Assembly: GCA_965277285.1 (NCBI GenBank)
Contig: OZ255721.1
Span: 1,024,001-1,088,000 of the forward strand
Direction: 5' to 3'
DNA length: 64,000 nucleotides
Source: Abditibacteriaceae bacterium
GTDB taxonomy: Bacteria > Armatimonadota > Abditibacteriia > Abditibacteriales > Abditibacteriaceae
The notes beneath the pieces were generated by a model. The model did not search any database. It was not told the origin of the DNA and saw only the letters and a program-made list of their open reading frames with translations. The stretch's first letter is position 1. Each line of letters opens with the position of its first letter. Shown one piece after another: positions 21,056 to 30,643 of the stretch. The position numbers and the translations under genes are program-made.

Positions 21056-21167
21056 AATTTCTCCTGATTTTGTGTTGACCGAAGTTTTTCGTCGCCAAAT
21101 AGTGTATCCTTTTTGCGAGGCGACAAAGACATCGAGTACTGGAATTCCGGCGCCCAGAGCAACGATT

Positions 21168-21710
21168 ATGAGCGAAACTGAAAACACCGAACCGACACTT
21201 TCGAGCGAACGAATTTATGAAGGGCGCATTATCAATTTGCGTCAAGACACGATTTTGATGCCGTCGGGGCGCGAAGCCAAGCGCGAAATTGTCGAGCATC
21301 ACGGCGCGGTTTGTGTAGTGCCCGTTTTGGACGATGGACGCATTGCCCTGGTTCGCCAATATCGCAAGCCCGCCGAACAAGTTTTGCTGGAAATTCCCGC
21401 TGGCGGACTGGAGCCGAACGAAGCGCCCATCGACGCCGCGCGCCGCGAACTGATCGAAGAATGTGGCCTGCGCGCCGGAAAATTGACGCTGCTCTTCTCG
21501 TGCTTCCTCGCGCCCGGCTATTCGACCGAATGCATTGGTTGTTTTCTGGCCGAACAATTGACGGAAACTGACACCGATCCCGACGAAGACGAGATTGTGG
21601 ACACGCACTTTTACCAACTGGACGAGCTTTTGCCGATGATTGATGATGGCCGCATCTGCGATTCAAAAACCATCGCGGGATTGTTGGCGTTGTATCGTCG
21701 CCGCCAATAA
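21168..21710 (+). CDS. NUDIX hydrolase (ADP-ribose pyrophosphatase, NudF-like)
   Basis: Nudix box EIPAGG...AARRELIEECG; DSKT. Confidence 0.88.
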   Translation: MSETENTEPTLSSERIYEGRIINLRQDTILMPSGREAKREIVEHHGAVCVVPVLDDGRIALVRQYRKPAEQVLLEIPAGGLEPNEAPIDAARRELIEECGLRAGKLTLLFSCFLAPGYSTECIGCFLAEQLTETDTDPDEDEIVDTHFYQLDELLPMIDDGRICDSKTIAGLLALYRRRQ

Positions 21711-21924
21711 ATATTCACCGCCAAGAGCGCGAAGAAAATAGCCACAAAGAAGCACAAAAGTAAGATTCGAGTACTCGAAACTCGCAGTTTGGTGATTCTG
21801 AGCGAAGCGAATAATCTGACTTCTGGTTTGGATTCTTCGCACTGCCAAAAGGCACGTTTTAGAACGACAAACTGTCAACTCTTCAACTTTTCCGACGCAT
21901 CTCTGCGCTTCAATTTCAACGAAA

Positions 21925-22395
21925 ATGCGCTTAATTCTGGATCATTTCAACATCGTCGTTGCGGATATGAGGCGTTCGGTCGCGTTTTATTGTGATGTGC
22001 TGGGGTTGAAACAAACCTTTCAAGCCACGCTCGAAGGCGATTGGATCGAGCGCGTTACCGGCTTGAAAGGAACACGCGCGCATTGTGTTTTCCTGCAATT
22101 GCCAAACGTCGATGTGCGCTTGGAATTGCTTCAATATCAAGTTCCGCAAGGTGCAAACGTCACAGAGAATAGCGCACCAAACACGATTGGCTTGCGGCAC
22201 TTCGCGCTGGAAACCGACGACATGGACGCCTTGATTGCCAGGTTGCAAAAGGCCAGCGTCCCGTTCGTTTCGCCGCCGATCACGGTGCCGTTTCCCGTTG
22301 GAAATCGCGGCACCAAGCGCTTGTGTTATTTCTACGATCCGGACGGCGTTTTGTTGGAAATAGCGACGTATTCGAGTACTCGAAGCGCAGAATAA
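21925..22395 (+). CDS. VOC/glyoxalase family protein
   Basis: DHFNIVV, FYCDVLGL, GLRHFAL, FYDPDGVLLE. Confidence 0.85.
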   Translation: MRLILDHFNIVVADMRRSVAFYCDVLGLKQTFQATLEGDWIERVTGLKGTRAHCVFLQLPNVDVRLELLQYQVPQGANVTENSAPNTIGLRHFALETDDMDALIARLQKASVPFVSPPITVPFPVGNRGTKRLCYFYDPDGVLLEIATYSSTRSAE

Positions 22396-22397
22396 AC

Positions 22398-23522
22398 TCA
22401 GTCGAATGCGGCGCGTACGACGCGGGCAACTTCTTCGATTTCTTCGTTCCGCAATTCGGGAAAAATCGGCAGCGAAAAGACTTCGCGGCAGGCGCGTTCC
22501 GATTGCGGAAAAGAGCCTTCGCCCAAACCCAGACTTTCATAAACCGTTTGGCGATGCAATGGCACCGGATAATAAATCGCCGAGCCGATTTTCGCCGTCG
22601 TCAATTTGTCAATCAGTTCATCGCGTCGCGGCGAGCGCAACGTATATTGATGATAAACGTGACCGTTTCCGGCGCGCTCGTCGGGAAAACCGAGCGGCAA
22701 ATCGCCCAACAATTCTTTGTAGCGCACGGCATGAGCGCGGCGCAGATCGTTCCAGCGTGTCGAGTGTGGCAATTTTACGCTCAGAATGGCGGCTTGCATC
22801 GCATGCAGACGCGAATTGTAGCCAACTTCGTCATGGTAATAGCGACGCTTCATGCCGTGCATTCGCAACATTTGCACATGCTCGGCCAAAGCATCGTCGT
22901 TGGTCGTGACAAGTCCACCTTCGCCCGCCGCACCTAAATTTTTTGAAGGAAAAAACGAGAACGCGCCCAAATCGGCCAGCGCGCCGCAATAAGTTTTTTC
23001 GCCATTTCGAGTACTCGATTGGTCTTCAACCCAGGCGCCCCACGCTTGCGCCGCATCTTCCAGAACGAAAAGATGGTGCTTCTTCGCAATCGCGTTGATT
23101 TCCGTCATCGGCGCTGGATGACCAAATAAATGAACCGGAATAATCGCTTTGGTGCGCGACGTAATCGCGGCTTCGATCAGGTTCGGATCGATGTTGAACG
23201 TGTCCACTTCGATGTCAACGAAAACCGGCGTGGCGCCTAAGAGCGACACGACTTCTGCGGTGGCAATAAAGGTGAACGGCGTCGTAATGACTTCATCGCC
23301 AGGCTTGACGCCCAGCGCGCGCAGCGACAGCAACAGCGCATCGGTGCCGTTGGCGACGCCAATTGCGTGACGAACACCCAAAAACTCGGCGGCCTGGCGC
23401 TCGAAGTTTTCCACGGCAGGGCCAAGCACAAATTGCCCGCTTTCGAGTACTCGAATCACAGCGTCATCGAGTTCGGCTTTGAGTTCTTGATATTGGCGCG
23501 TAAGATCGAAAAGAGGAACCAT
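22398..23522 (-). CDS. DegT/DnrJ/EryC1/StrS PLP-dependent aminotransferase
   Basis: GVANGTDAL, EDAAQA, SFFPSKNLG, GYNSRL. Confidence 0.93.
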   Translation of the reverse strand: MVPLFDLTRQYQELKAELDDAVIRVLESGQFVLGPAVENFERQAAEFLGVRHAIGVANGTDALLLSLRALGVKPGDEVITTPFTFIATAEVVSLLGATPVFVDIEVDTFNIDPNLIEAAITSRTKAIIPVHLFGHPAPMTEINAIAKKHHLFVLEDAAQAWGAWVEDQSSTRNGEKTYCGALADLGAFSFFPSKNLGAAGEGGLVTTNDDALAEHVQMLRMHGMKRRYYHDEVGYNSRLHAMQAAILSVKLPHSTRWNDLRRAHAVRYKELLGDLPLGFPDERAGNGHVYHQYTLRSPRRDELIDKLTTAKIGSAIYYPVPLHRQTVYESLGLGEGSFPQSERACREVFSLPIFPELRNEEIEEVARVVRAAFD

Positions 23523-23602
23523 AACAAAAAAGAAGGCGGAAGAATGTTGGATGAAATCGTGCGGCTTCATCCTTCATCCTTCCGCCTTCATCCTTCAAAA
23601 AC

Positions 23603-23675
23603 TGCCACGGGACGGACTTGAACCGCCGACACGTGGATTTTCAGTCCACTGCTCTACCACCTGAGCTACCGCGGC
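23603..23675 (-). tRNA. tRNA-Phe (GAA)
   Basis: Reverse complement folds as a cloverleaf: GCCGCGG/CCGTGGC acceptor, CTGAAAA anticodon loop, GGTTCAAGTCC T-arm; no encoded CCA. Confidence 0.95.
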
Positions 23676-23715
23676 GAAAAACTCGCCTGTCCAACATCCT
23701 TCAACGTCTTCCAAC

Positions 23716-23766
23716 AAACCAAGCCCATCGGGAAACCAAGCCCATCGGGAAACCAAGCCCATCGGG
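23716..23766. repeat. 17-bp tandem repeat x3
   Basis: AAACCAAGCCCATCGGG, three exact copies. Confidence 0.9.
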
Positions 23767-23778
23767 GACGTGAGGACA

Positions 23779-23807
23779 ATTTTAACCGTCCACGCGATTT
23801 GGCGCAA
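23779..23807 (-). promoter_or_regulatory. sigma70-type promoter of tRNA-Phe
   Basis: TTGCGC-N17-TAAAAT on the minus strand. Confidence 0.65.
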
Positions 23808-23958
23808 GGCTATCACCCAATAATTAAATCGAGCGGTACAAATTTTCTTTTCATACAGTTAAAATTGTCGCGCGGAGCCGCTTTAAATTGCCGCGCAGGT
23901 TGCCGAAATCGCGCGGCGCGGCTAACCTCAACTTATCCCCTCGCACAAGGAAAAATTT

Positions 23959-24435
<477 letters not shown>

Positions 24436-24447
24436 GAGACAAACCCG

Positions 24448-24483
24448 AAAGCGTTCCGCAACTCTGCGCGGAACGCTTTTTTC
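24448..24483 (+). terminator. intrinsic terminator
   Basis: AAAGCGTTCCGC...GCGGAACGCTTTTTT. Confidence 0.7.
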
Positions 24484-24515
24484 GTTTATAGAGTAAGAAC
24501 CTATCCTGCTAACCA

Positions 24516-24656
24516 TTGCCTGCGAGTGAACTCGCGGCTGAGCGACTTACGCCGGAGCGGCAGCCTGCGCCGACGCCAGAGTGCTTTCAATGTTGCGTCG
24601 GCGCGGGCCGCCGCTTCCGTCGCAGACGGTTGAGCCGTGAGTTCACTCGCAGGCAA
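24516..24656. repeat. REP/MITE-like inverted repeat
   Basis: TTGCCTGCGAGTGAACTCGCGGCT...AGCCGTGAGTTCACTCGCAGGCAA with an inner inverted pair. Confidence 0.7.
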
Positions 24657-24677
24657 CTAAAATCTTGGAGCCTTCAA

Positions 24678-24746
24678 TTTGTCATTCTGAAGCGCAGCGA
24701 AGAATCTGGTTGCAGTTAGATTCTTCGCTGCGCTCAGAATGACAAA
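24678..24746. repeat. GTCATTCTGA-type palindromic repeat
   Basis: GTCATTCTGAAGCGCAGCGAAGAATCT...AGATTCTTCGCTGCGCTCAGAATGAC; degenerate copy near 21792-21845. Confidence 0.75.
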
Positions 24747-24829
24747 GTGCAGTTTTCCTACGTTGTTTTTCACTTTGCAATCACACTCGTAGACGCGGGA
24801 ACTTTTTCGGCTCAAAAGTTGTTCACTCT

Positions 24830-25096
24830 TTGCTCATGTTTTTAACGATTTTAACCTGCAAAGAAAATCTGGCGCGTTTGGACGATTACCTTGACCGCGA
24901 ATTGTCGTCGCGCGAAATGCAATTGGTCGAGCGTCATTTGCGCATCTGCCATCAATGCGCGCGCGAGTTTCGCTTCGAGGTCGCCTTGCTGCACGACATC
25001 CGCGAAAAAGTGGCGCGCGTCGAAGTGCCAGGCGACCTTAAAGCAAAAATTTTCGCGGCGCTTCCCCATGAGCCGGAAGCAATCGAAAACACCTGA
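24830..25096 (+). CDS. zinc-binding anti-sigma factor (zf-HC2, RsrA/RshA-like)
   Basis: C...DYLDREL...HLRICHQC (HxxxCxxC). Confidence 0.85.
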   Translation: MLMFLTILTCKENLARLDDYLDRELSSREMQLVERHLRICHQCAREFRFEVALLHDIREKVARVEVPGDLKAKIFAALPHEPEAIENT

Positions 25097-25236
25097 ATCG
25101 AGTACTCGAAACCAAAGCGCTCAATAACAAAGGGCGCTTTTTCGTGTCATAGGGAACTATTTGCCGCGCGCGTTGTTTCATAAACAGACACCATCCCGCG
25201 AGACGACATCTCGCAAAACTTTTCAGGTGATTTGAA

Positions 25237-25797
25237 ATGAAAACGATGAACACTTCTTTCCTGCCCAAAACGCTGAGCGTTGCCGCTGTCGCAATCGCGC
25301 TGAGCGCCGTTGTCTGGCAGAACAACAATCGCGCCGAAGCCGCTAAAACCTCGATGCCGCGACCCGCAGCACCCTCGAAAACGCGCACCTTCCCGCCCGA
25401 TAATTCAACCGCGCCCTACGTTTTGAGCGACGCGCAATGGCGTAAAGTTTTGACGCCTGCGCAATACGACATTCTGCGCCAGAAAGGAACCGACCAGCCT
25501 TTCACCGGCTCGTATGAAAAAACCGTCGACGGCGTTTATCGTTGCGCGGGTTGCAACAACATCCTGTTTAGTTCCAGCACACAGTTCGATTCGGGAACTG
25601 GCTGGCCCAGCTTCTGGAAGCCGTTGCGCACACAAAGCGTTCACGTCAGCAAAGACGCCGACGGCGAGCGCGACGAAGTGACGTGCGCGCGTTGCGGCAG
25701 TCATCTGGGACACGTTTTTGATGACGGCCCGAAACCAACCGGCTTGCGCTATTGCATGGATCAAAACGCGCTGACTTTCCAAGCGACAAAGAAGTAA
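25237..25797 (+). CDS. msrB: peptide-methionine (R)-S-oxide reductase, exported
   Basis: FDSGTGWPSF, CARCGSHLGHVFDDGP, GLRYC; N-terminal signal peptide. Confidence 0.92.
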   Translation: MKTMNTSFLPKTLSVAAVAIALSAVVWQNNNRAEAAKTSMPRPAAPSKTRTFPPDNSTAPYVLSDAQWRKVLTPAQYDILRQKGTDQPFTGSYEKTVDGVYRCAGCNNILFSSSTQFDSGTGWPSFWKPLRTQSVHVSKDADGERDEVTCARCGSHLGHVFDDGPKPTGLRYCMDQNALTFQATKK

Positions 25798-25799
25798 AC

Positions 25800-25870
25800 A
25801 GCGAACCCGAAGCGTCAGCGAGGGAGATGAGGTCGAAGGTAATCTTCCTCGCTGACGCTTCGGGTTCGCT
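25800..25870. repeat. REP-like inverted repeat, family A
   Basis: AGCGAACCCGAAGCGTCAGCGAGG...CCTCGCTGACGCTTCGGGTTCGCT. Confidence 0.8.
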
Positions 25871-25894
25871 GGCATCGAGTACTCGATTACCACT

Positions 25895-26677
25895 ATGAAA
25901 CGACTTGAAAAGAAACATCCGTTGGCGATTCGTTGGTTTCACTGGATCAACTTTCCGGTTCTAATGATTATGATCTGGAGCGGATTGCTGATCTACTGGG
26001 CGAACGATATTTATAGCGTCCATATCGGTTCGCGCACGCTGTTTCATTTTTTCCCTGATGCGTTTTATCAGAAAACGCGCGCTGTGTTGCCAAACGGCGA
26101 CGGAACTTTTCATGGTCGCCTGGCTGAAGGTATGGCGTGGCATTTCTTTTTCATGTGGTTCTTCGCCATCAACGGTCTTTTGTATGTGCTTTATACGGCG
26201 TTTTCCGGCGAATGGCGCCATCTTCTGCCAGGCAAGAGCACGCTCAAAGAAGCGATTCAAGTCGTTCTGCACGATTTGCACTTGCGCAAGCAGCCGTTGC
26301 CACGACGCAAATTTAATGGCGCGCAGCAGATCGCGTATACGGGCATCGTTTTGATGGGGTTTGGCTCTCTGCTGACCGGCCTGGCGATTTATAAACCGAT
26401 TCAATTCGGCTGGATAACGGCGCCGTTCAACAACCTGATGTTTGGCGCGACCGGTTACAACGTGGCGCGCTTCATTCATTTCTGGCTGACCATTGGCTAT
26501 TGCGGATTTTTTGTGGTTCATGTTTCGCAAGTCGCGCGCGCCGGATGGAACAATTTCCGCGCGATGATCACAGGTTATGAAATCGTCTCCGACGAACCGG
26601 AAACAATTGTTGCGGAAACTCGCAGCGAACATGCGCCAAACGAGCATTTACCGGAAGTGCGGGCGCAAAATGCTTAA
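25895..26677 (+). CDS. cytochrome b/b6-type membrane subunit
   Basis: RWFHWIN, WHFFFMW, ARFIHFW, FFVVHV heme-ligand His motifs. Confidence 0.85.
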   Translation: MKRLEKKHPLAIRWFHWINFPVLMIMIWSGLLIYWANDIYSVHIGSRTLFHFFPDAFYQKTRAVLPNGDGTFHGRLAEGMAWHFFFMWFFAINGLLYVLYTAFSGEWRHLLPGKSTLKEAIQVVLHDLHLRKQPLPRRKFNGAQQIAYTGIVLMGFGSLLTGLAIYKPIQFGWITAPFNNLMFGATGYNVARFIHFWLTIGYCGFFVVHVSQVARAGWNNFRAMITGYEIVSDEPETIVAETRSEHAPNEHLPEVRAQNA

Positions 26678-26694
26678 AAGCTGGGGAAATACGT

Positions 26695-26862
26695 ATGAAG
26701 CAAACTCTTGTTGCTCCCGTCGAAGATGCACCGTCCTGTTCGCTGGATGGCGCGAGTTGTCCGCCTTCGCACCGCGCCGCGCGCCGCATTTCAAAAGCAC
26801 TTATCGCCGTGTTAATTTTGTCCATTGTGGCGCTCACGATTTGGAATCATTTTGCTCATTGA
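26695..26862 (+). CDS. small membrane protein (55 aa)
   Basis: MKQTLVAPVEDAPSCSLDGASC...LIAVLILSIVALTIWNHFAH; fills the operon gap; GGGGA RBS. Confidence 0.55.
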   Translation: MKQTLVAPVEDAPSCSLDGASCPPSHRAARRISKALIAVLILSIVALTIWNHFAH

Positions 26863-26880
26863 TGGCCAAGCTGGAAGATT

Positions 26881-27909
26881 ATGAATCCTGAAACTCCTCC
26901 CGAAGAAAACGCCGTCGCTGATCATACGCCTGTCGCTGAGCCCGAATTGGAGCGAGAAACCGCGCGCGAAATGTTAAGCGATGAACCGCAAAAGGCGCCT
27001 GTCAGCGCAGTCGTATCGCAGGTGCAAGCTGAAAGTGCGCCCGTGCTGCAAGTTGCGGCGACGCCTGTTGCGCCTGTTGCGCCTGTTGCGCCTGTTCCTC
27101 TGGTGGCGCCCGTTGTTGCGATGCCGGCAAAGGTTAGCGACGATGCGGAACGGCAAATGCGTCAAATGTCGCGGCGTAGTTTTCTGAGTGGCGCGTTGGC
27201 CGTTGGCGCAGCTTATGGTGGCTGGCATTGGTTGACGACGCGGCGCTTGGACAACGGCGTGCCGTGGCCTTTTCGTCGAGTACTCGATACCAATTCGCAG
27301 TTCGCTTTGGATTATTTTTCCGCTGGACGACTGGCACCGACGTTTCCGCTCTCGAAAGTCAGTGAAGAGCGCACCAATGGCGATATTGGGCTGGGCGACG
27401 ATTTCGACCCAAAAACCTGGCAACTGAACGTGTCCGGCCTGGCATCAGGGCAGCCTTTGATGTTGTCGATGGCGGACATCAAAAAGCTGCCACGCGTCGA
27501 GATGACGACCGAAATGAAGTGCATCGAAGGCTGGAGCATCATCGTTCATTGGGCGGGCGTGCGCTTTGTGGATTTTGCGGCGAAATATCCGCCCGCCACG
27601 CAAAGCGGCGATGCGCCAAACGTCAAGCATAAGTCGGACGATTTGCTGCCGTATGTCGGTTTATCAACGCCCGACAACACTTATTACGTCGGCATGGATA
27701 TGCCAAGCGCGCTGCATCCGCAAACGCTTTTGTGCTACGAAATGAACGGCAAACCTTTGACAGCCGAACATGGCGCGCCGCTGCGCTTGGTGACGCCCGT
27801 CAAATATGGCGTCAAGCACATCAAGCGCATCGGCAGCATCGAATACGCAACCAATCGCCCCGCCGATTACTGGGCCGAACAAGGCTACGATTGGTACGCC
27901 GGACATTGA
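26881..27909 (+). CDS. molybdopterin-dependent oxidoreductase (sulfite oxidase family, MsrP/YedY-like)
   Basis: SRRSFL twin-arginine motif, CIEGWS, HGAPLRLVTP.KYG.K.IK. Confidence 0.85.
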   Translation: MNPETPPEENAVADHTPVAEPELERETAREMLSDEPQKAPVSAVVSQVQAESAPVLQVAATPVAPVAPVAPVPLVAPVVAMPAKVSDDAERQMRQMSRRSFLSGALAVGAAYGGWHWLTTRRLDNGVPWPFRRVLDTNSQFALDYFSAGRLAPTFPLSKVSEERTNGDIGLGDDFDPKTWQLNVSGLASGQPLMLSMADIKKLPRVEMTTEMKCIEGWSIIVHWAGVRFVDFAAKYPPATQSGDAPNVKHKSDDLLPYVGLSTPDNTYYVGMDMPSALHPQTLLCYEMNGKPLTAEHGAPLRLVTPVKYGVKHIKRIGSIEYATNRPADYWAEQGYDWYAGH

Positions 27910-27930
27910 TTTTCGCTTGTTCAAAGACGT

Positions 27931-27970
27931 AAGAACGCTCCCGAAGCTCATCTTCGGGAGCGTTCTTTTG
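27931..27970. terminator. intrinsic terminator
   Basis: AAGAACGCTCCCGAAG-ctcat-CTTCGGGAGCGTTCTTTT. Confidence 0.7.
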
Positions 27971-28001
27971 GTTATCGAGTACTCGATTGCGACGACTCGG
28001 T

Positions 28002-28199
28002 TCAACCCATTTTGCGTTGTGGGTGATGGCGAATATCGCTGGGCGGCCCTTGACCTGGGACTTGTGCGGTAGTGTCGCCGTTCAAATCTTCGACTTGGTG
28101 CGATTTTTCGCGCAAACTTTGTTCGTGCTCTTGTTGCACTTGCTTGACCGCTTCCAGCGGCGTTTGCTTCTTTTCCTCAGATGCATTTTCTTCGCTCAT
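28002..28199 (-). CDS. small hydrophilic hypothetical protein
   Basis: AGGAGGTG RBS before ATG 28199. Confidence 0.55.
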   Translation of the reverse strand: MSEENASEEKKQTPLEAVKQVQQEHEQSLREKSHQVEDLNGDTTAQVPGQGPPSDIRHHPQRKMG

Positions 28200-28364
28200 A
28201 ATGCACCTCCTGAACCACCAACGCGCAAGTGATGTGCCCGACAAAACGTCTTCTCAACGAGAAAGTTGCAGTATGTGGAGAACAATTTCTGAATTTTATT
28301 TGTGTTAATAGGAAACAATTGCGGTGCGCCCGCCGAGCAGAGTTGTTAATGTAAAAAAACGAAA

Positions 28365-29357
28365 ATGGATTTCGAGTACTCGATGCACGCATTGTGGCAG
28401 TGGATATTAGGTCGCTCCGATTTATTCCTCAGCGTTCTGGCGATTGGCGTCAGCACGCTTTTGGTGTGGTGGCTGGTGGCGCGGCAGGCGAATCGAGCGC
28501 GGCAGCGTTTCGATACTTTACTTTCCCTGGCGCACGCCTCAAATGATGCCGAACATGAGATTGCTCTCGCACGGCGCCGCCTGACGACTTTGCGTTTGGT
28601 CGTCAACGCTTGCCGTTACGCGATTGTCATCGGCGCTTTGCTGATGTTTTTGCGGCGCGTTGGCATGCCTCTCGATTCGCTGCTGCTGCCCGCTGGTTTC
28701 ATCGGCGCGGCGCTGGGATTGGGCGCACAAAACCTGGTGCGCGATGTTGTCGCGGGCTTGTTTATCGTGTTTGAAGGACAGCTCGCGGTTGGCGATGTGG
28801 TGTCGGTCGATGGTAAAAACGGCACGGTCGAGGAAGTTGGCTTGCGCGTAACGCATCTGCGTAGCGAAACCGGACACGACTTGTATTTTCCTAACGGAAC
28901 GATCAACGTCGTTGATAAACACCCTCGCCGCGCCACCACGATGATGGTGCGCGTTCCGTTAAGCGACAGCGCCAAGACCGAAGCCGCGCGTCCATTGCTG
29001 TTGTCCGCCCTGAATGAATTCGACCGCGATTATGGAGCGTTCGCCGCGCCGCCCGAACCTGTCGATGACTTGGCCACGCATCGAGTACTCGATAAACCGT
29101 CTCAAGCCGCGAGCGATGCAGAATTTGCCTCCAGCGCACTTTATTTTCGCTTGACGATTTTACCCGAACGCGTGGCGCTGGTGCAAAGCAAACTCGGCGC
29201 GCGCCTGGCCGGAATTTTAGAAGCGCACCAGATACCAAAAAGCGCGAACGCCGAAGTAGAAATCTTCGAGGCGCCCACGCTTTCATCTTCCGCTAAGCCG
29301 TCCGATGCTCGTTCGGCTTCCACTCTCAAAAGCGAAAACACCTCAACCAGTGGATGA
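28365..29357 (+). CDS. MscS family mechanosensitive channel
   Basis: LGLGAQNLVRDVVAG, VGDVV, GTVEEVGLRVT, FPNG. Confidence 0.85.
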   Translation: MDFEYSMHALWQWILGRSDLFLSVLAIGVSTLLVWWLVARQANRARQRFDTLLSLAHASNDAEHEIALARRRLTTLRLVVNACRYAIVIGALLMFLRRVGMPLDSLLLPAGFIGAALGLGAQNLVRDVVAGLFIVFEGQLAVGDVVSVDGKNGTVEEVGLRVTHLRSETGHDLYFPNGTINVVDKHPRRATTMMVRVPLSDSAKTEAARPLLLSALNEFDRDYGAFAAPPEPVDDLATHRVLDKPSQAASDAEFASSALYFRLTILPERVALVQSKLGARLAGILEAHQIPKSANAEVEIFEAPTLSSSAKPSDARSASTLKSENTSTSG

Positions 29358-29419
29358 TGTCATTTCGCTTTGAACTCGCTTGAAACGAAGCTCCTACGTT
29401 TCTTTAACAGATCATAAAT

Positions 29420-30553
29420 TCACTTGGTGTTCGGCGTTGTCACATCGGACGGCCAGGTTGGAACCGTGGCCGGAGTTCCGTCCTCGTTGGCGCTCCAAGT
29501 TGCGCCATCGGCCCATTGCGAACTATTTTCTTTCGCGTCGTTAACTACAGTTCCCGCGGCGTTGTTCGCAGGCACGGCACGCGCGTTCGTAGAACTGCTC
29601 GCAGCACGTTGCGTAGCGGAGCGTGCTCCATTCGTGGCGACGCCCATCGTGCTGTAATTGGAGTAATCCACGTTGGGGTCGTAGTAAGTGGGATCGTAGT
29701 AGCCAGCATCAAGTGTTGAGTTCCAATAAGCCGCATTTGGATCTGGCGCGTTGCCGCTCAGACTGGGATCGAAATAGTAGGCACTCGCGGGAAGGCCATA
29801 ATAATTCGTCGTGTTGTAGTTCGTCGTGTTGGATGTGTTGTATGAGTCAGAAGCACTGGCGTAAGGAGGGTAGCCAACGATAGTGACACCACTGGGAACG
29901 TTGGTGATTCGGGGTAACCCATAGGTAGAAAATTGTGGCCCGAAAATGATCGGATAGCCATTGTTAATCGGTGAACCTAAAACGTAGCTGCTCGAGTCGC
30001 CAACAACAGTCACACCATTGCCGATGACAACGACATTGCCGCCATATCCGTAATTTGGATAACCATAACCGCTATATGGTTGGTTATAGCACGGCGTGGA
30101 ATCCGTTCCGCTATTTCCACCGATACCGATATTGATATTGACCGAACCCCCACTGCGCGAGTTTCTCTTTGAATCGCGGCCATTGGAATCATTCCGCCTT
30201 CCAGTGTCAGGCCCGTCAAAATTGGGCTTTTCAAAGTACCGATTTCCAACGCTCGGCATGGCATTATTCGGCATCACACGGTTTGGCACGGCCACGTTGG
30301 GCATGCCAATGTTCGGCGCCGCAACGCTCGGCATGGCAACATTGGCGGCTGCATTATTCGGTGCAACACCGACGATATTTCTCATCGGCGTGCTGTGCGC
30401 CACGGCACTGACGGCGAAGGCGCTAAACGTGAAAGCGCCACCAACAAAGGCACGGCGCACGGACGCGCTCAACGACAGAGAATTAAAACGATGCGACGAA
30501 CGCATATAGCTTTGAATTTTCATGGCAAATCTCTCTTCAATCAACGAAACCAC
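29420..30553 (-). CDS. hypothetical low-complexity exported protein
   Basis: Signal-like N-terminus, xxMPN pentapeptide repeats, Y/N/G-rich; start uncertain. Confidence 0.55.
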   Translation of the reverse strand: MVSLIEERFAMKIQSYMRSSHRFNSLSLSASVRRAFVGGAFTFSAFAVSAVAHSTPMRNIVGVAPNNAAANVAMPSVAAPNIGMPNVAVPNRVMPNNAMPSVGNRYFEKPNFDGPDTGRRNDSNGRDSKRNSRSGGSVNINIGIGGNSGTDSTPCYNQPYSGYGYPNYGYGGNVVVIGNGVTVVGDSSSYVLGSPINNGYPIIFGPQFSTYGLPRITNVPSGVTIVGYPPYASASDSYNTSNTTNYNTTNYYGLPASAYYFDPSLSGNAPDPNAAYWNSTLDAGYYDPTYYDPNVDYSNYSTMGVATNGARSATQRAASSSTNARAVPANNAAGTVVNDAKENSSQWADGATWSANEDGTPATVPTWPSDVTTPNTK

Positions 30554-30643
30554 TTGAAACCGTCAAGGCGCGACGAGCGAAAACTTTGCAAGTTCAATCA
30601 AATTTTGAGCTTATCGAGTACTCGATACCGATTGCTGGCAAGT

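Noticed and set aside
23716..23766. 17-bp triple repeat as mini-CRISPR or att site
   Set aside because: There are no spacers and no similarity to the tRNA 3' end.
27062..27097. 9-bp tandem repeat (PVA)n in the Mo-enzyme N-terminus
   Set aside because: Ordinary in-frame low-complexity linker expansion.
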